The position numbers and the translations under genes were made by a program. From assembly GCA_963790305.1 (NCBI GenBank), contig CAWBOC010000006.1, positions 128,001 to 192,000 of the forward strand: a stretch of 64,000 bases of DNA. Reading direction: 5' to 3'. Origin of the DNA: an uncultured Gemmatimonadaceae bacterium (GTDB taxonomy: Bacteria > Gemmatimonadota > Gemmatimonadetes > Gemmatimonadales > Gemmatimonadaceae). The notes under the pieces are model-generated. The model saw only the letters and a program-made list of their open reading frames with translations. It was not told where the DNA came from and ran no database searches. The number at the start of each line of letters is the position of its first letter. Position 1 is the stretch's first letter. Shown here in pieces: positions 27,472 through 39,267 of this stretch.

Positions 27472-29886
27472 ATGGCACGTCTTTCCCTTCTAGCTGTCGT
27501 CGCGCTGGCAGGCACGCCTCTCCTTGCGCAGGAGGAGGGTGCCACACCCGGGCGGTGCGCGGCCCCTGATAGCATTGGTGTTCGCGGCAACCAGCGGGTC
27601 GGCGAGGCAACCATCCGCGCCGACGCGCAGCTCACCGCTGGCCAGCCCCTCAACTTTCGAGGGGTTCAGCGGGCGATTCGCAGCCTGTTCGCGACGGGCC
27701 AGTTCACCGACGTCCGACTGCTCTGCGATGTCGCCGCCAACGGCCGTTCGACACTCGTGATCGAGGTTGCTGAGCGTCCTCTACTTGGTTCGCTTGCCAT
27801 TACCGGCGTGGAGAAGGTGCCGGAGCGGACGGTGCGCGAGAAAGTCGACCTTCTGGTGAACCGGGCCCTCGACCCGAATCAGCTCGCCCGGGCCATGCAG
27901 CGCATCGACTCGGTCTACGAGAACGCGGGCTATTATCTCGCCGAGGTCACGGCGGATACGCAGACCGTGGATGGCAAGGTGAACCTGACCCTCCGGATCG
28001 ACGAAGGGCGTCGGCTCGCGATCTCGGGAATTCGCGTCAACGGCAACTCCGTCATCTCCGACGAGGAAATCGTCGGAGAAATGAAGACGAAGCCCGAGGG
28101 ATTCTGGTGGTTCCGGCGGGGCGAATTCAACGAAGACGAGTACGCCAGCGATCTCGGTGAACGCATCGCGGGGCTCTATGCGAAACGCGGCTTCATCGAC
28201 TTCCAGATCATCAAGGATTCGCTCGTCGTCGACCGTGAGCGTGGCAAGGCGCTGCTGGACATCACGGTCAACGAGGGAAAGCAGTACCGCATAGGCTCGT
28301 TCGAGGTCGTGGGCAACCGCCGCTTCTCGAGTGACGAGATCGAGCGGTTCTATCCCTTCGGCGACGTCTCGCCGACGCTGACCCAGCGGATGCGTGACCT
28401 GCTGACTCGGGGGTCGCGCGACGCGGCAAACGTGTTCGATCAGGCGCAGTGGGAAGACGCCACGGGCAAGCTGCGTACGGCGTACAGCAACGAGGGCTAC
28501 ATCTACGCCCAGGTGCGCCCGGTCATCGATCGCGTTGGAACGACCGGCGATTCCACCCCGGTGGTGAATCTGCGCTGGGAAATCGACGAGCGCTCGCCGG
28601 CGATCGTGAATCGCGTCGACATCGTGGGCAACGACTACACGACCGAAGCATGCATTCGTGATGCGCTGCTGATCCTTCCCGGTGATGTCTTCAACCAGGA
28701 CCGGCTGGTTCGCAGCTATCAGAACATCGCCAACCTCGGCTTCTTCGAAACGCCGCTGCCGACACCCGACACCCGGCCAGCGGGCGAGGAAGGCGACGTC
28801 GACATTGTTTTCGGAGTGAAGGAGAAACGCACGGGGAGCGTCAACTTCGGTGCGTCGGTGGGCGAGGGGACCGGAGTCGGCGGATTTCTTGGGCTGGACC
28901 AGCCCAATCTCTTCGGCCAGTGCAAGCGGGCGTCCCTTCAGTGGCAGTTCGGTGCCAACCAGAAGGAGTTCTCGCTCAGCTTTACCGACCCCGCGATTCA
29001 GCGTTCGCGCATCTCGGGAACGGTGAGCGTCTACCATCGGCGGCTCCGCTACATCGTCGAGGATTACGGGCGCTCGGTGCTCTCCGGTGGATCGCTGCAG
29101 TTCGGGTTTCCGGTGCCACGGTCGCCGTTCACGCGAATCTTCCTTTCGTATGGCGGTGAGCGGGTCGAGCAGCGCGGAGGCATCTTCGACCGCGACACGA
29201 CGATCCTGACGTCGGGCGAGGGATTCCGGTCGAGCCTGGGCGTGTCCGCCCAGCGCGATACCCGCATTGGCTTGCCGTTCGCCACCGCGGGCTCGCTCCA
29301 GACGTTCGCCGCCAGCTTCAACGGGGGACCGTTAGGCGGCAACACGGCGTTCCAGCGGTACACGACCGAGCTCAAGGCGTACGCCCCGCTGTGGACCGTC
29401 GGGGGCGAGCGGCCGGGCAGTCAGCCGCTTCAGTTCACGCTCGGTCTTTCTACACGCGCTGGTGCGGTCTTCGGGGATGTCGGAGCCTTCATCGTGTCCC
29501 AGAAGTTCGGCCTTGGCGGCGTCATGTTCGGCGAGCCGCTGCGTGGCTACAAGGAGTTCTCGATCACGCCGAACGGGTTCGATCCTACCGAGCAGCAGAC
29601 GCGGGCCTCCTTCGGAGACGCCTTTTTCTCGACAACGGCCGAGCTCGGTCTCCGTCTGAACTCGCAGGTGTATTTGAACATGTTCTTCGACGCGGGCAAC
29701 ATTTGGAATAACCCGCGGGAGTTCGACCCCACGCGCCTGTTCCGTGGCGCGGGTGTCGGTGTATCACTGATAACGCCGCTGGGGCCCCTCGGTCTGGACT
29801 GGGCCTACGGCTTCGATCGGACGGATGCCTTCGGCCGTCCGGATCCCAAGTGGGAGCTCCATTTCCGGCTCGGCAATCTCTACTGA
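27472..29886 (+). CDS. bamA: Outer membrane protein assembly factor BamA
   Basis: Signal peptide, POTRA repeats, NLFG, LRGY, GPLGLDWAYG; followed by skp-lpxD. Confidence 0.95.
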   Translation: MARLSLLAVVALAGTPLLAQEEGATPGRCAAPDSIGVRGNQRVGEATIRADAQLTAGQPLNFRGVQRAIRSLFATGQFTDVRLLCDVAANGRSTLVIEVAERPLLGSLAITGVEKVPERTVREKVDLLVNRALDPNQLARAMQRIDSVYENAGYYLAEVTADTQTVDGKVNLTLRIDEGRRLAISGIRVNGNSVISDEEIVGEMKTKPEGFWWFRRGEFNEDEYASDLGERIAGLYAKRGFIDFQIIKDSLVVDRERGKALLDITVNEGKQYRIGSFEVVGNRRFSSDEIERFYPFGDVSPTLTQRMRDLLTRGSRDAANVFDQAQWEDATGKLRTAYSNEGYIYAQVRPVIDRVGTTGDSTPVVNLRWEIDERSPAIVNRVDIVGNDYTTEACIRDALLILPGDVFNQDRLVRSYQNIANLGFFETPLPTPDTRPAGEEGDVDIVFGVKEKRTGSVNFGASVGEGTGVGGFLGLDQPNLFGQCKRASLQWQFGANQKEFSLSFTDPAIQRSRISGTVSVYHRRLRYIVEDYGRSVLSGGSLQFGFPVPRSPFTRIFLSYGGERVEQRGGIFDRDTTILTSGEGFRSSLGVSAQRDTRIGLPFATAGSLQTFAASFNGGPLGGNTAFQRYTTELKAYAPLWTVGGERPGSQPLQFTLGLSTRAGAVFGDVGAFIVSQKFGLGGVMFGEPLRGYKEFSITPNGFDPTEQQTRASFGDAFFSTTAELGLRLNSQVYLNMFFDAGNIWNNPREFDPTRLFRGAGVGVSLITPLGPLGLDWAYGFDRTDAFGRPDPKWELHFRLGNLY

Positions 29887-29896
29887 CGGAGTGATC

Positions 29897-30529
29897 ATGG
29901 CAGGCATGGCTCGCGCGGGCGCGGTGGCGCTCGGACTCCTGGTCTTCGGTACGGCCGCTGCGGCGGCTCAGACACCGGTGAAGATCGGGTACATCAAATC
30001 GCAGACGATTCTCGCAAACGCTCCCGGACGCGCAGCGGCGGAGACGCAATTCGAGAAGGAGATGGCAACGTATCGCGCGCAGGTGCAGCGCATGGGCGAT
30101 TCGCTCAATACGCTCATCGCCGACTACAACAAACAGGAAGTATCGCTCTCGCCGCAGGCGAAGGAGACACGACAGAAAGACATTCGTGGGAAGGAGGAGG
30201 AGTACCAGCGCCGCACGCAGGAGCTGCAGCAGCAGGTGCGCGCGCGTGAGGCCGAGCTCGTTCGTCCGATCATGGAGCAGATCAACAAGGTGATCGACGA
30301 GCTGCGCGCCGAGGAAGGCTACTCGATGATCTTCGACGCCGAGAATCAGGCCGGCGTCGTGGTCGCCGCGGACAAGAACCTGGATCTTACCGAGAAGGTG
30401 CTCACCCGCCTCCGTGCCGCCGGTCCACCGACCTCAGCGTCGCGTCCGGCCGGTGCCGGCGCGACACAGCGGCCCGCGGCACCCGCCGCCCAGCAGCCCA
30501 GCGGAGTGCAGCGTCCGAAGCCGCGTTGA
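29897..30529 (+). CDS. skp: OmpH/Skp periplasmic chaperone
   Basis: KIGYI, coiled-coil region, EGYSMIFD...DLTEKVL; synteny. Confidence 0.9.
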   Translation: MAGMARAGAVALGLLVFGTAAAAAQTPVKIGYIKSQTILANAPGRAAAETQFEKEMATYRAQVQRMGDSLNTLIADYNKQEVSLSPQAKETRQKDIRGKEEEYQRRTQELQQQVRAREAELVRPIMEQINKVIDELRAEEGYSMIFDAENQAGVVVAADKNLDLTEKVLTRLRAAGPPTSASRPAGAGATQRPAAPAAQQPSGVQRPKPR

Positions 30530-31593
30530 GCGATTCACCGACCACACGCACGACACCCGGCGGTGAGGGGCCACGGCTCCTCACCGCCGACGCCATCGCC
30601 CAGCTCGTTGGCGGCGAGCTTCGCGGCGATGGCAGCATTCGCGTATCGGCGGTGGCCCCGCTCGATCGCGCGGGGAGCAGCGACCTCACCTTTTTCGCCG
30701 CCGCGCGTTATGCGCCACTCTTTTCGACGACTCAGGCGGGGGCCGCGCTCATAAGTCCCGAGCTGGCGGACGAGCCGGGGGAAGTCCCGGCGCGCATCGT
30801 CGTGGCTCGTCCTCACGAAGCCATGCTGCGGGTGCTGCCGGAACTGTACGTCGCGCCGCCACGACAGGCTGGTGTCCATGCGTCAGCGGTCATCGGGCGC
30901 GGCGCGACGCTCGGGCGCGACGTGGCGCTCGGCGCACATGTGGTGATCGGACGCGATGTCGTCCTCGGCGATCGAGTCACGCTCGATGCCGGGTGCGTCG
31001 TCGGCGATGGGGCCCACGTGGGAGAGGACAGCCATTTATTTCCGAGCGTGAGCGTCTATCCGCGGGCGCGCATTGGCCGTCGCGTGATGATTCACGCGGG
31101 GGCGCGCATTGGCAGTGACGGGTTCGGCTACGTCTTCAATGACGGCGCCCACCAGAAGATCCCGCACGTGGGGCGGTGCGTCATCGGTGACGATGTCGAG
31201 ATCGGCGCGAATACGACGATAGATCGCGGCAGTGTCGATGATACGGTGATCGGTCCGGGGACGAAGATCGACAACCTCGTGCATATCGGTCACAACGTGC
31301 GCGTCGGCGCCCTCTGCCTCATTATGGCCCAGGTCGGCATTGCTGGCTCGACACACGTCGGGGACGGCGCCATTCTCGCGGGGCAGTCGGGGCTCTCCGG
31401 CCATCTCACTGTCGGAAAGGGCGCACGGCTTGGTGCACAGGGTGGGGCGATCAGTGACATCCCGGCGGGCGAGACGTGGTCCGGGTATCCCGCGCGGCCG
31501 CACAAGGAGGCACTGCGTGCGCAGGCAGCGCTCTTTCGGCTTTCCGGACTCATGAAGACGCTCGAGCGTCTGATCGATCGCGAGCGACGGTGA
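30526..31593 (+). CDS. lpxD: UDP-3-O-acyl-glucosamine N-acyltransferase
   Basis: Hexapeptide repeats, [32 protein letters not shown]. Confidence 0.96.
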   Translation: MSDSPTTRTTPGGEGPRLLTADAIAQLVGGELRGDGSIRVSAVAPLDRAGSSDLTFFAAARYAPLFSTTQAGAALISPELADEPGEVPARIVVARPHEAMLRVLPELYVAPPRQAGVHASAVIGRGATLGRDVALGAHVVIGRDVVLGDRVTLDAGCVVGDGAHVGEDSHLFPSVSVYPRARIGRRVMIHAGARIGSDGFGYVFNDGAHQKIPHVGRCVIGDDVEIGANTTIDRGSVDDTVIGPGTKIDNLVHIGHNVRVGALCLIMAQVGIAGSTHVGDGAILAGQSGLSGHLTVGKGARLGAQGGAISDIPAGETWSGYPARPHKEALRAQAALFRLSGLMKTLERLIDRERR

Positions 31594-32861
31594 GCGGGCG
31601 TCGAACTGTGGCGCAGCGCGTCACGCTCGAGGGCGTGGGACTGCATCTCGGTGAGTCGGTACGACTGACCTTCGCACCTGCGGAGCCGGGCACCGGTGTG
31701 CGCTTTCGCCGGGTGGACGTCCCCAACGCGCCCTCGATTCCCGCGCACGTGTCGCACGCGGTGCAGGTCGAGCGACGAACGCAGCTCGGCAGCGGTGAGG
31801 CGGCCTTCCACACCGTCGAGCACGTGCTCGCGGCAGTCGTTGGCCAGCAGATCGACGACCTCCTGATCGAGCTCGACGCCAGCGAGCCGCCGATCATGGA
31901 CGGAAGTGCCCGTCCGTTCGTCGACGCGCTCGAGCAGGCCGGAATCGTCGAGCGTGGGGGAACCGTCGAGTACCTCGAGCTGCAATCTTCCGTGCGCGTG
32001 GTCGATGGCGATGCGAGCTACGAGGCGCGTCCGGCCAAGAACCTCTCACTCGACATCACCATCGACTTTCCCCATCCCTTGATCGGCCGGCAATCGGGGG
32101 CGTACGAGGTATCGCCAGGCAGCTTTGTTCGCGATCTTGCGGGGGCGCGAACGTTCGGCTTCGTGCGCGAGGTGGAACTGCTACGAACGATGGGGCTCAT
32201 TCGCGGCGCGACCACCGCGAATGCCATCGTCCTGGACGACGAAAGGGTAGTCGACGCGACGCTCCGGTGGCCTGACGAGTTTCTGCGACACAAGGCGCTG
32301 GACTGTGTGGGCGACCTTGCGCTCGCGGGCCGGCGCGTGCGAGCGCACGTCACGGCGATCAAGCCGAGTCACCGCGGAACGGTGGCGCTGGTGCGAGAGA
32401 TGATCAATTCCGCCGCGAAGGAGACGCGGATGTTCGACATCAACGACATCATGAAGGTACTGCCCCACCGGTACCCGTTCCTGTTCGTCGACCGGGTGCT
32501 GGAGATGGAGGAGAAGAAGCGCATCGTCGCGATCAAGAACGTCACGATCAACGAGCCGTTCTTCCAGGGCCATTTCCCGGGGCATCCGATCATGCCCGGC
32601 GTGCTCATCATCGAGGCGATGGCGCAGGTCGGCGGGATTCTCCTGATGGGGCTCGTCGACGATCCGCAAACGAAGGTCGTGTACTTCATTTCGCTGGACA
32701 ACGTGCGGTTCCGGCGGCCGGTGCGCCCGGGCGATCAGCTGCGCTTCGAGTGCCAGGTCACACAGCTGCGCGGCGCGACGTGCAAGATGCACGGCGTCGC
32801 CCGGGTGAATGGCGAAATTGCCGCCGAGGCCGACATGGGCGCGATGGTGCGCGACAAATGA
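31590..32861 (+). CDS. lpxC: Bifunctional LpxC/FabZ fusion
   Basis: [13 protein letters not shown] and HKALD (LpxC) in frame with LPHRYPFL and [20 protein letters not shown] (FabZ). Confidence 0.95.
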   Translation: MSGRRTVAQRVTLEGVGLHLGESVRLTFAPAEPGTGVRFRRVDVPNAPSIPAHVSHAVQVERRTQLGSGEAAFHTVEHVLAAVVGQQIDDLLIELDASEPPIMDGSARPFVDALEQAGIVERGGTVEYLELQSSVRVVDGDASYEARPAKNLSLDITIDFPHPLIGRQSGAYEVSPGSFVRDLAGARTFGFVREVELLRTMGLIRGATTANAIVLDDERVVDATLRWPDEFLRHKALDCVGDLALAGRRVRAHVTAIKPSHRGTVALVREMINSAAKETRMFDINDIMKVLPHRYPFLFVDRVLEMEEKKRIVAIKNVTINEPFFQGHFPGHPIMPGVLIIEAMAQVGGILLMGLVDDPQTKVVYFISLDNVRFRRPVRPGDQLRFECQVTQLRGATCKMHGVARVNGEIAAEADMGAMVRDK

Positions 32862-33634
32862 GCGTGCGTGTGCATCCGAGCGCGATCGTCGCGCACGATG
32901 CGCGCCTTGGCGAGGACGTCGAGGTGGGCCCATTCGCGATCATCGGCGAGGACTGCGAGGTCGGTGACGGATGCATCATCGCCGCTCGCGCGTCCCTCGA
33001 GCGGCACGTGCGTCTCGCCCGCAACGTCCGCATCGGCGTGGGCTCCGTGATCGGCGGCGACCCGCAGGATCTCAAGTTCAAGGGAGAGCCGACGACCGTC
33101 GAGATCGGCGAGGGCACCATCGTGCGCGAATACTCCACGATCAATCGCGGCACCTCGCAGTCGTGGAAGACGAGCGTGGGGAAGAGCAGCTTCATCATGT
33201 CGTACGTCCACCTCGCGCACGACTGTCACGTCGGCGATGGGGTCATTCTGGCGAATGGCGTCCAGCTCGCCGGGCACGTCACGGTGGAAGATCGCGCGAT
33301 CCTTTCCGGGCTCACCGCGGTGCACCAGTTCGTGCGCATCGGCACGCACTCGTTCGTCGGCGGCATGTCTCGCGTGGCCAAGGACATCCCGCCCTACCTC
33401 AAGGCTGTCGGAAATCCGGTGAAGCTCTACGGGCTGAACTCGGTGGGGCTTCAGCGAAACAACTTCGATCCGGAGGTCATTCGCGAGCTCAAGCGTGCCT
33501 ACCGGCTGTTTTTCCGTTCGGAGCTCAACGTGTCGCAGGCGCTCGAGCGCGCGCAGTCCGAGCTTTCCATGACGCCGGAGGTCAAGCACTTCCTCGGATT
33601 CGTGGACAACAGCCAGCGCGGAGTGGTGATCTGA
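32858..33634 (+). CDS. lpxA: UDP-N-acetylglucosamine acyltransferase
   Basis: [29 protein letters not shown]. Confidence 0.97.
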   Translation: MSVRVHPSAIVAHDARLGEDVEVGPFAIIGEDCEVGDGCIIAARASLERHVRLARNVRIGVGSVIGGDPQDLKFKGEPTTVEIGEGTIVREYSTINRGTSQSWKTSVGKSSFIMSYVHLAHDCHVGDGVILANGVQLAGHVTVEDRAILSGLTAVHQFVRIGTHSFVGGMSRVAKDIPPYLKAVGNPVKLYGLNSVGLQRNNFDPEVIRELKRAYRLFFRSELNVSQALERAQSELSMTPEVKHFLGFVDNSQRGVVI

Positions 33635-34629
33635 GCGCCGCGGTGCGCGTCGGCGTGATCGGCGCGGGAAGCCTTGGCCAGCATCACGTCCGACTCCTCC
33701 GCGACGTCGAGGGCGCGCGACTCGTCGGCTTCTGCGAGGTGCGGCCCGAGCGCGCGCAGCAGGTGAGCAGCGAGCTCGGTGTGCCGGCGATGCCCTCGCT
33801 GGAGGCCCTGCTGGACCAGGTCGATGCGGTGACGGTGGTGGTTCCGACGATCGGGCACCACGAGGTCGCGAAGGCAGCGCTCGAGCGCGGCATCCACGTG
33901 ATGATCGAGAAGCCGATCGCGGCAACCCTCGCCGAGGCCGACGACCTGGTGGCGGTGGCGAAGCGGACCGGCGCGTTGATTCAAACCGGGCACGTGGAGC
34001 GATTCAATCGGGCCATCCGCGCGCGCGCTCCCATTCATCGATACGCCGCGCTTCATCGAGAGCGATCGCCTCGCTCCATTCAATCCGCGCGGCTCCGACG
34101 TTGCCGTCGTTCTGGATCTCATGATCCACGACATTGACCTCGTGCGGACGCTCGTGGGCGGACACGTCGACGATCTCCAGGCGGTCGGCGTGCCGGTGCT
34201 GACTCCGTCCGTCGACATCGCGAATGCGCGCCTCACCTTCGACTCGGGCGCGGTCGCCAACATCACCGGCCAGCCGAGTATCGCGCGAGCGACTTCGGAA
34301 GATCCGGATCTTCCAGCGAACGGGATATCTCTCGCTCGATCTCGCGGCGGGAACCGGGCGAGTTCTACCGACTGCGCACCGACGTCGACTTCGCCGCGAT
34401 CGCGAAGGCGCCGCTCGCGCTCGAGGCGTTCGTCGAACGGGTCGTGCTGGAAGCACCAGACGGGGAGCCGCTGCGTCTCGAGCTCGAGAGCTTCATCGCG
34501 GCGGTGCAGGGAGCCACGCCCCTGGTCGTCTCCGGGGACGATGGGCGCGAGGCCCTGGCGGTTGCGCTGCGCATCAATCGCGAGATCGAGCGCACGCTGC
34601 CGTCGCTCGCGGGCGCTGGTCGTGCGTGA
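33631..34629 (+). CDS. Gfo/Idh/MocA oxidoreductase, GnnA-like (apparent frameshifts; start 33631 or 33643)
   Basis: GVIGAGSLG, EKP, GHVERFN, DLMIHDID; lies between lpxA and lpxB. Confidence 0.85.
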
Positions 34630-35734
34630 GATTCTGTTCGTCGCCGGCGAGACGTCCGGTGACCTTCACGCCGCGGGGGTTGCGGCGGCCATCCGTCGCC
34701 GCGAGCCCGATCGGCCGCTGGCGGGAATCGGTGGCTCACGCATGCGGGACGCTGGCGTCACGCTGATCGAGGACGTCGAACGAATGGCGGTGATGGGATT
34801 CGTGGAGGTCATTCGCCACATTCCCCGCCATTGGATCCTGCTTCGCGCCCTTCGCGAACGACTCGATCGTCAGCAAACGGGGCTCGTCACGCTCATCGAC
34901 TACCCCGGATTCAACATGCGCGTCGCGGAGCGTGCTCGCGCGCGCGGCGTGCCTGTGCTGTACTACATCACGCCTCAGGTGTGGGCATGGGGCGCGGGTC
35001 GCTTGGCGAAGCTGTCGCGGTTGATCACGCGCGCCGCGGTGATCCTGCCGTTCGAGGAGGCCTTGCTGCGACAGCACGGGATCGACGCGACGTTCGTTGG
35101 TCATCCGCTGCTCGACCGCGCGAAGTCAATGCCGAATCGCCTCAGGCGGCGCGACAGGTCCTCGGTCTGCCTCACGACGCGCGCGTGCTGGCTCTCTTTC
35201 CGGGAAGCCGAGGCCAGGAGATCGCGCGGCATCTCGACGACTTCGTCGCTGTCGGACGCGAGCTTCAGCGTCGCGTGCCCGGTCTGCATGTGGTCGTGAG
35301 TGTCGCGCCGGGGATCGAGCTCGACCCGAGGGCGTGCCCGTTTCCCACCGTGCGTGGTGCATCGTTCGACGTGCTGCGAGCAGCCGACGCAGCGTTCTGC
35401 AAGAGCGGAACGTCAACGCTCGAGGCCGCCGTCGCGGGGTGCCCGTTGGCAATCGGGTATCGCACGAACCGCGTTACGTACGCCATTGCCTCACGAGTGG
35501 TAAAAGTGCCCTGGATCGGGCTCGTCAACGTCGTGGCGGGCCGGCTTGTCGCTCCGGAATTCGTTCAGGAACGAGCTCGTCCCCGTCCGCGTCGCTGACT
35601 CGCTCGAGCCTCTCCTCCATGAGACCGATGCGCGCCAGCGAATGCTCGGCGAGCTCGCGGACGTTCGCTCGCGACTGGGTTCGCCAGGGGCAGCGGACCG
35701 TGTTGCGGACATGGCATTGGGAATGACGCGGTGA
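34622..35734 (+). CDS. lpxB: Lipid-A-disaccharide synthase (apparent frameshifts near 35140 and 35575)
   Basis: AGETSGDLH, IDYPGFN, PQVWAW, VGHPL, PGSR..E, SGTSTLE. Confidence 0.94.
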
Positions 35735-36414
35735 CCGACGATGCTCGCGCCCGGCGCCATGCGCGTCGCGTTCGCTGGGCAGCGCGCGCGGGAAGCGTCC
35801 TCTTTCGCGTGCTTGCGAGTACGTGGCGGCTTCGGGTCATCAATGCCGAGCCACATCGCGCGCTGCGCGCCAGCGGTCAGCCAGTGATCTATACGTTCTG
35901 GCACGGTACCATGCTTCCGCTGCTCTGGCAGCATCGGAAGGAGCGCGTTGCCATTCTCATCAGCGAGCACGGCGATGGAGAGATCATCGCGCGCATCGCA
36001 CACTCACTCGGATATCACTCGGTGCGCGGCTCGACGAGCCGCGGCGGCGAGCGAGCGATTCTCGGCACGGTGCGCGAGCTGGAGACGGGGCGTGACGTGG
36101 CGTTTACACCGGACGGGCCGCGCGGCCCGCGTGAGAGCTTTGCTCCGGGAGCGCTCGTCGTATCGCAGCGCACCGGTGCGCCCCTCGTGCTCATCACCGT
36201 CGATGCGCCGCGCGCGTGGCGCCTCACGAGTTGGGATCGCTTTCTCATCCCCAAGCCGTTCGCGCGCGTTACGATCGCCTATGAGGATCCGCTCCGTGTC
36301 GAGGCGCCGAACGCGAGAGCCGCCGCCGCTCAGGCCCCCGCCTGGCAGGAACGGCTGCGAAGCCTGGCGAGCCGATATCGTACGACCGCCATCGTTGCGG
36401 ACGCCCCACAGTGA
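35731..36414 (+). CDS. DUF374 / lysophospholipid acyltransferase family (LpxJ-like)
   Basis: FWHG, ISEHGDGE, VRGSTSRGG, TPDGPRGP, WDRF.IPKPF. Confidence 0.85.
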   Translation: MTDDARARRHARRVRWAARAGSVLFRVLASTWRLRVINAEPHRALRASGQPVIYTFWHGTMLPLLWQHRKERVAILISEHGDGEIIARIAHSLGYHSVRGSTSRGGERAILGTVRELETGRDVAFTPDGPRGPRESFAPGALVVSQRTGAPLVLITVDAPRAWRLTSWDRFLIPKPFARVTIAYEDPLRVEAPNARAAAAQAPAWQERLRSLASRYRTTAIVADAPQ

Positions 36415-37445
36415 TGCACGCTCGGAAGCTCGAGCATCTCTGGTGGGGAACCGGCCTCGGCGCACGCGCGGCGCGCATGGCCCTTTTGCCCGCCTCGATC
36501 CTGTATCGCGTGGCATCGGGTATTCACGCCGGGCTGTACCGGTCCGGGCTTCGCCGCGCGCGCCCGCTGGCGCTGCCCGCGATCAGCGTGGGGAACCTTA
36601 CCGTCGGCGGGACGGGTAAGACCCCCGTGGCCGCGTGGATCGCGTCGTTACTGGCGCGGCAGGGTGCCCACCCCGCGATCGTCATGCGAGGCTACGGCGA
36701 GGATGAGCCGCTCGTTCACGAGCGACTGAATCCGGACGTACCCGTCGTGGTGTCGCCCGACCGCGTTCGCGGCGCCGAGCGCGCGTCGACGCTCGGTGCG
36801 GACATCGTCGTGCTCGACGACGCCTTTCAGCATCGCCGTGCGGCCCGCGAGGCAGACCTCGTGTTGCTCAGCGCCGATCGTTGGGCCTCGGCTCCTCGCC
36901 TCCTCCCGGCGGGCCCGTGGCGCGAGCCTCTGTCGGCGTTGCGACGCGCCTCAATGGTGCTGGTGACACGAAAGGCCGCGTCCCCGGCGGCGGCAAGCGC
37001 CGTCGCCGACACCATTCGCCACCGATTCCCCGGCATCGCCGTCGGCGTAGCAGCACTCGCGTTGCAGGAGCTTCGCGCCGCTACGGGCGAGAGCACGATG
37101 CCGCTGGAGGCATTGGCCGGTACACGAACGCTGGCGATCGTCGCGATCGGCGACCCGTCGGCGTTCCTTCGCCAGCTCGCGTCGACCGATGCCACTGTGC
37201 GTGCGGCGGTGTTCCCCGATCATCACGCCTACACACATGCGGAGGTCGCTCGTCTGGCATCCATGATGGCGGCGGGCGAGATCGCTGTCTGCACGCTCAA
37301 GGATGCGGTCAAGCTTGCGCCGCATTGGCCTCGCGAAGCGCCGCCGTTATGGTATGTTTCGCAGAGCGTCATGGTTGAGGAAGGGCGCGACGCCCTGGAC
37401 GCTTTGCTTGCGCGTGTGCTGGCCTCACGACCCGTTCAACCCTGA
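36411..37445 (+). CDS. lpxK: Tetraacyldisaccharide 4'-kinase
   Basis: [35 protein letters not shown]. Confidence 0.96.
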   Translation: MMHARKLEHLWWGTGLGARAARMALLPASILYRVASGIHAGLYRSGLRRARPLALPAISVGNLTVGGTGKTPVAAWIASLLARQGAHPAIVMRGYGEDEPLVHERLNPDVPVVVSPDRVRGAERASTLGADIVVLDDAFQHRRAAREADLVLLSADRWASAPRLLPAGPWREPLSALRRASMVLVTRKAASPAAASAVADTIRHRFPGIAVGVAALALQELRAATGESTMPLEALAGTRTLAIVAIGDPSAFLRQLASTDATVRAAVFPDHHAYTHAEVARLASMMAAGEIAVCTLKDAVKLAPHWPREAPPLWYVSQSVMVEEGRDALDALLARVLASRPVQP

Positions 37446-37476
37446 CCGCCCGGTCCAGCACTTCTCCCCGAATATC

Positions 37477-38784
37477 ATGGCTACCGACCTTCGCCTGCCC
37501 ACCGACAAGATCGTCCGTCCGGACAAGGACCGTTTTCTCAACGAGGACAACCCCTTCGAAGCGATGATGTCGCGCTTCGACCGGGCCGCGGAGCTGCTGG
37601 ATCTCGAGCCCGGACTCTACAAGGTCCTCCGGCATCCCGAGAAGCAGATCGTCGTCTCCGTTCCCGTTCTGATGGACAACGGCGAAGTGGAGGTGTTCAC
37701 CGGATATCGCGTCTTGTACAACACGTCGCGGGGACCGGCCAAGGGCGGGATCCGCTTCGACATGAACGTCACGCTCGAGGAAGTGAAGGCGCTTGCGGCG
37801 TGGATGACGTGGAAGTGCGCGGTGGTCAGTCTGCCCTTCGGAGGTTCGAAGGGCGGCGTCGTTTGTGACCCTCTCAAGATGAGCGTGGGCGAGCTGGAGC
37901 GGCTCACACGCCGATATACAGCGGGGATCATATCCACGCTCGGCCCGGACAGTGACGTTCCGGCGCCGGACGTAAACACCAACGAGCGTGTGATGGCGTG
38001 GGTGATGGACACGTACTCCATGCACGTGCGGCATACCGTCACCGCTGTCGTCACCGGAAAGCCCGTGGAGATGGGCGGCTCGCTCGGTCGTCGCGAGGCG
38101 ACGGGCCGCGGGTGCATGATCGTCACCAAGGAGGCGCTCCGTCATCTGAAGATGTCGCTGACGGGAACGACGGTCGCCGTGCAAGGGTTTGGCAACGTGG
38201 GCTCGGTTGCAGCGGATCTGCTGGCGAAGGAAGGATGCAAGATCATCGCGATCAGCGACCGGACTGGTGGGTACCACAATCCGGCCGGCATCGACGTTCG
38301 GCACGCGATCGAGCACGTGAAGAAGCATCGGACCCTCGAGGGCTACATGGGGGGCGAGCGCATTACGAACGAGGAGCTCCTCACCCTTCAGGTGGATGTG
38401 CTGCTTCCGGCGGCGCTCGAGAACGTGATTACGTCGAAGAACGCGTCGAAGGTGCGGGCGAAGGTCATTTGCGAGGGCGCCAATGGGCCGACGTCGGCCG
38501 CCGCTGACGCGATTCTCGAGGAGAACGGTGTCTTCGTCATCCCGGACATCCTCGCGAATGCCGGGGGCGTCACCGTCTCCTACTTCGAATGGGTGCAGGA
38601 CCGTGGCGGCTATTTCTGGACGGAAGATGTCGTGAATCAGCGGCTCACCGAGATCATGTGTCGCTCGTTCGCGGACGTGCTCGATCTGTCTCGCCGGCAC
38701 AAAGTCAACATGCGAACCGCCGCGTACATGCTCTCCATCAGTCGCGTCGCGACAGTGCACCGGCTGCGCGGAATCTACGCCTAG
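37477..38784 (+). CDS. gdhA: Glu/Leu/Phe/Val dehydrogenase (glutamate dehydrogenase)
   Basis: [46 protein letters not shown]. Confidence 0.93.
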   Translation: MATDLRLPTDKIVRPDKDRFLNEDNPFEAMMSRFDRAAELLDLEPGLYKVLRHPEKQIVVSVPVLMDNGEVEVFTGYRVLYNTSRGPAKGGIRFDMNVTLEEVKALAAWMTWKCAVVSLPFGGSKGGVVCDPLKMSVGELERLTRRYTAGIISTLGPDSDVPAPDVNTNERVMAWVMDTYSMHVRHTVTAVVTGKPVEMGGSLGRREATGRGCMIVTKEALRHLKMSLTGTTVAVQGFGNVGSVAADLLAKEGCKIIAISDRTGGYHNPAGIDVRHAIEHVKKHRTLEGYMGGERITNEELLTLQVDVLLPAALENVITSKNASKVRAKVICEGANGPTSAAADAILEENGVFVIPDILANAGGVTVSYFEWVQDRGGYFWTEDVVNQRLTEIMCRSFADVLDLSRRHKVNMRTAAYMLSISRVATVHRLRGIYA

Positions 38785-38802
38785 CGCCAGGCCGGCGTCC
38801 GC

Positions 38803-39267
38803 ATGCGCTTCCTGATCGTCTCCGTGGGTCGGCCTCGCGATCGGACGCTGGCGGATGCCATTCGCGAGTACGAGACGCGCGCGGCTCGGTACTGGCCCCT
38901 CGAGACGAAGGAAGTGCGTGAAGAGTCCGCGCGCTCCGCCGCGCCGGCGCTGGTACGGGAGCGGGAAGGGCAGCGCCTGCTCGACGCATGCGAGGGTGCG
39001 GATGTGATCGCCTGCGACGAGACCGGGCCCCAGATGGCGTCCGCCGAGTTCGCAGGGTGGATGCGCGAGAAACGTGAGCGCGCCGAGCGGGACGTCGCAT
39101 TTCTCATCGGTGGAGCGTTCGGCCTTTCCGACATCGTGCGCACGCGCGCGCGCTCGACACTGGGCTTCTCGCGGTGGACGATGCCTCACGAGCTCGCACG
39201 GCTCGTTCTGGCCGAGCAGCTCTATCGGTCGGGCACCATTGTGCGGGGCGAGCCCTACCACAAGTGA
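38803..39267 (+). CDS. rlmH: 23S rRNA pseudouridine-1915 N3-methyltransferase
   Basis: [29 protein letters not shown]. Confidence 0.95.
   Translation: MRFLIVSVGRPRDRTLADAIREYETRAARYWPLETKEVREESARSAAPALVREREGQRLLDACEGADVIACDETGPQMASAEFAGWMREKRERAERDVAFLIGGAFGLSDIVRTRARSTLGFSRWTMPHELARLVLAEQLYRSGTIVRGEPYHK

Noticed and set aside
31590..32861. LpxC-FabZ fusion as a novelty
   Set aside because: A known fusion in Bacteroidota and related FCB lineages.
37369..39261. 630-aa minus-strand ORF
   Set aside because: Antisense shadow of gdhA/rlmH caused by high-GC codon bias; no recognisable motifs.
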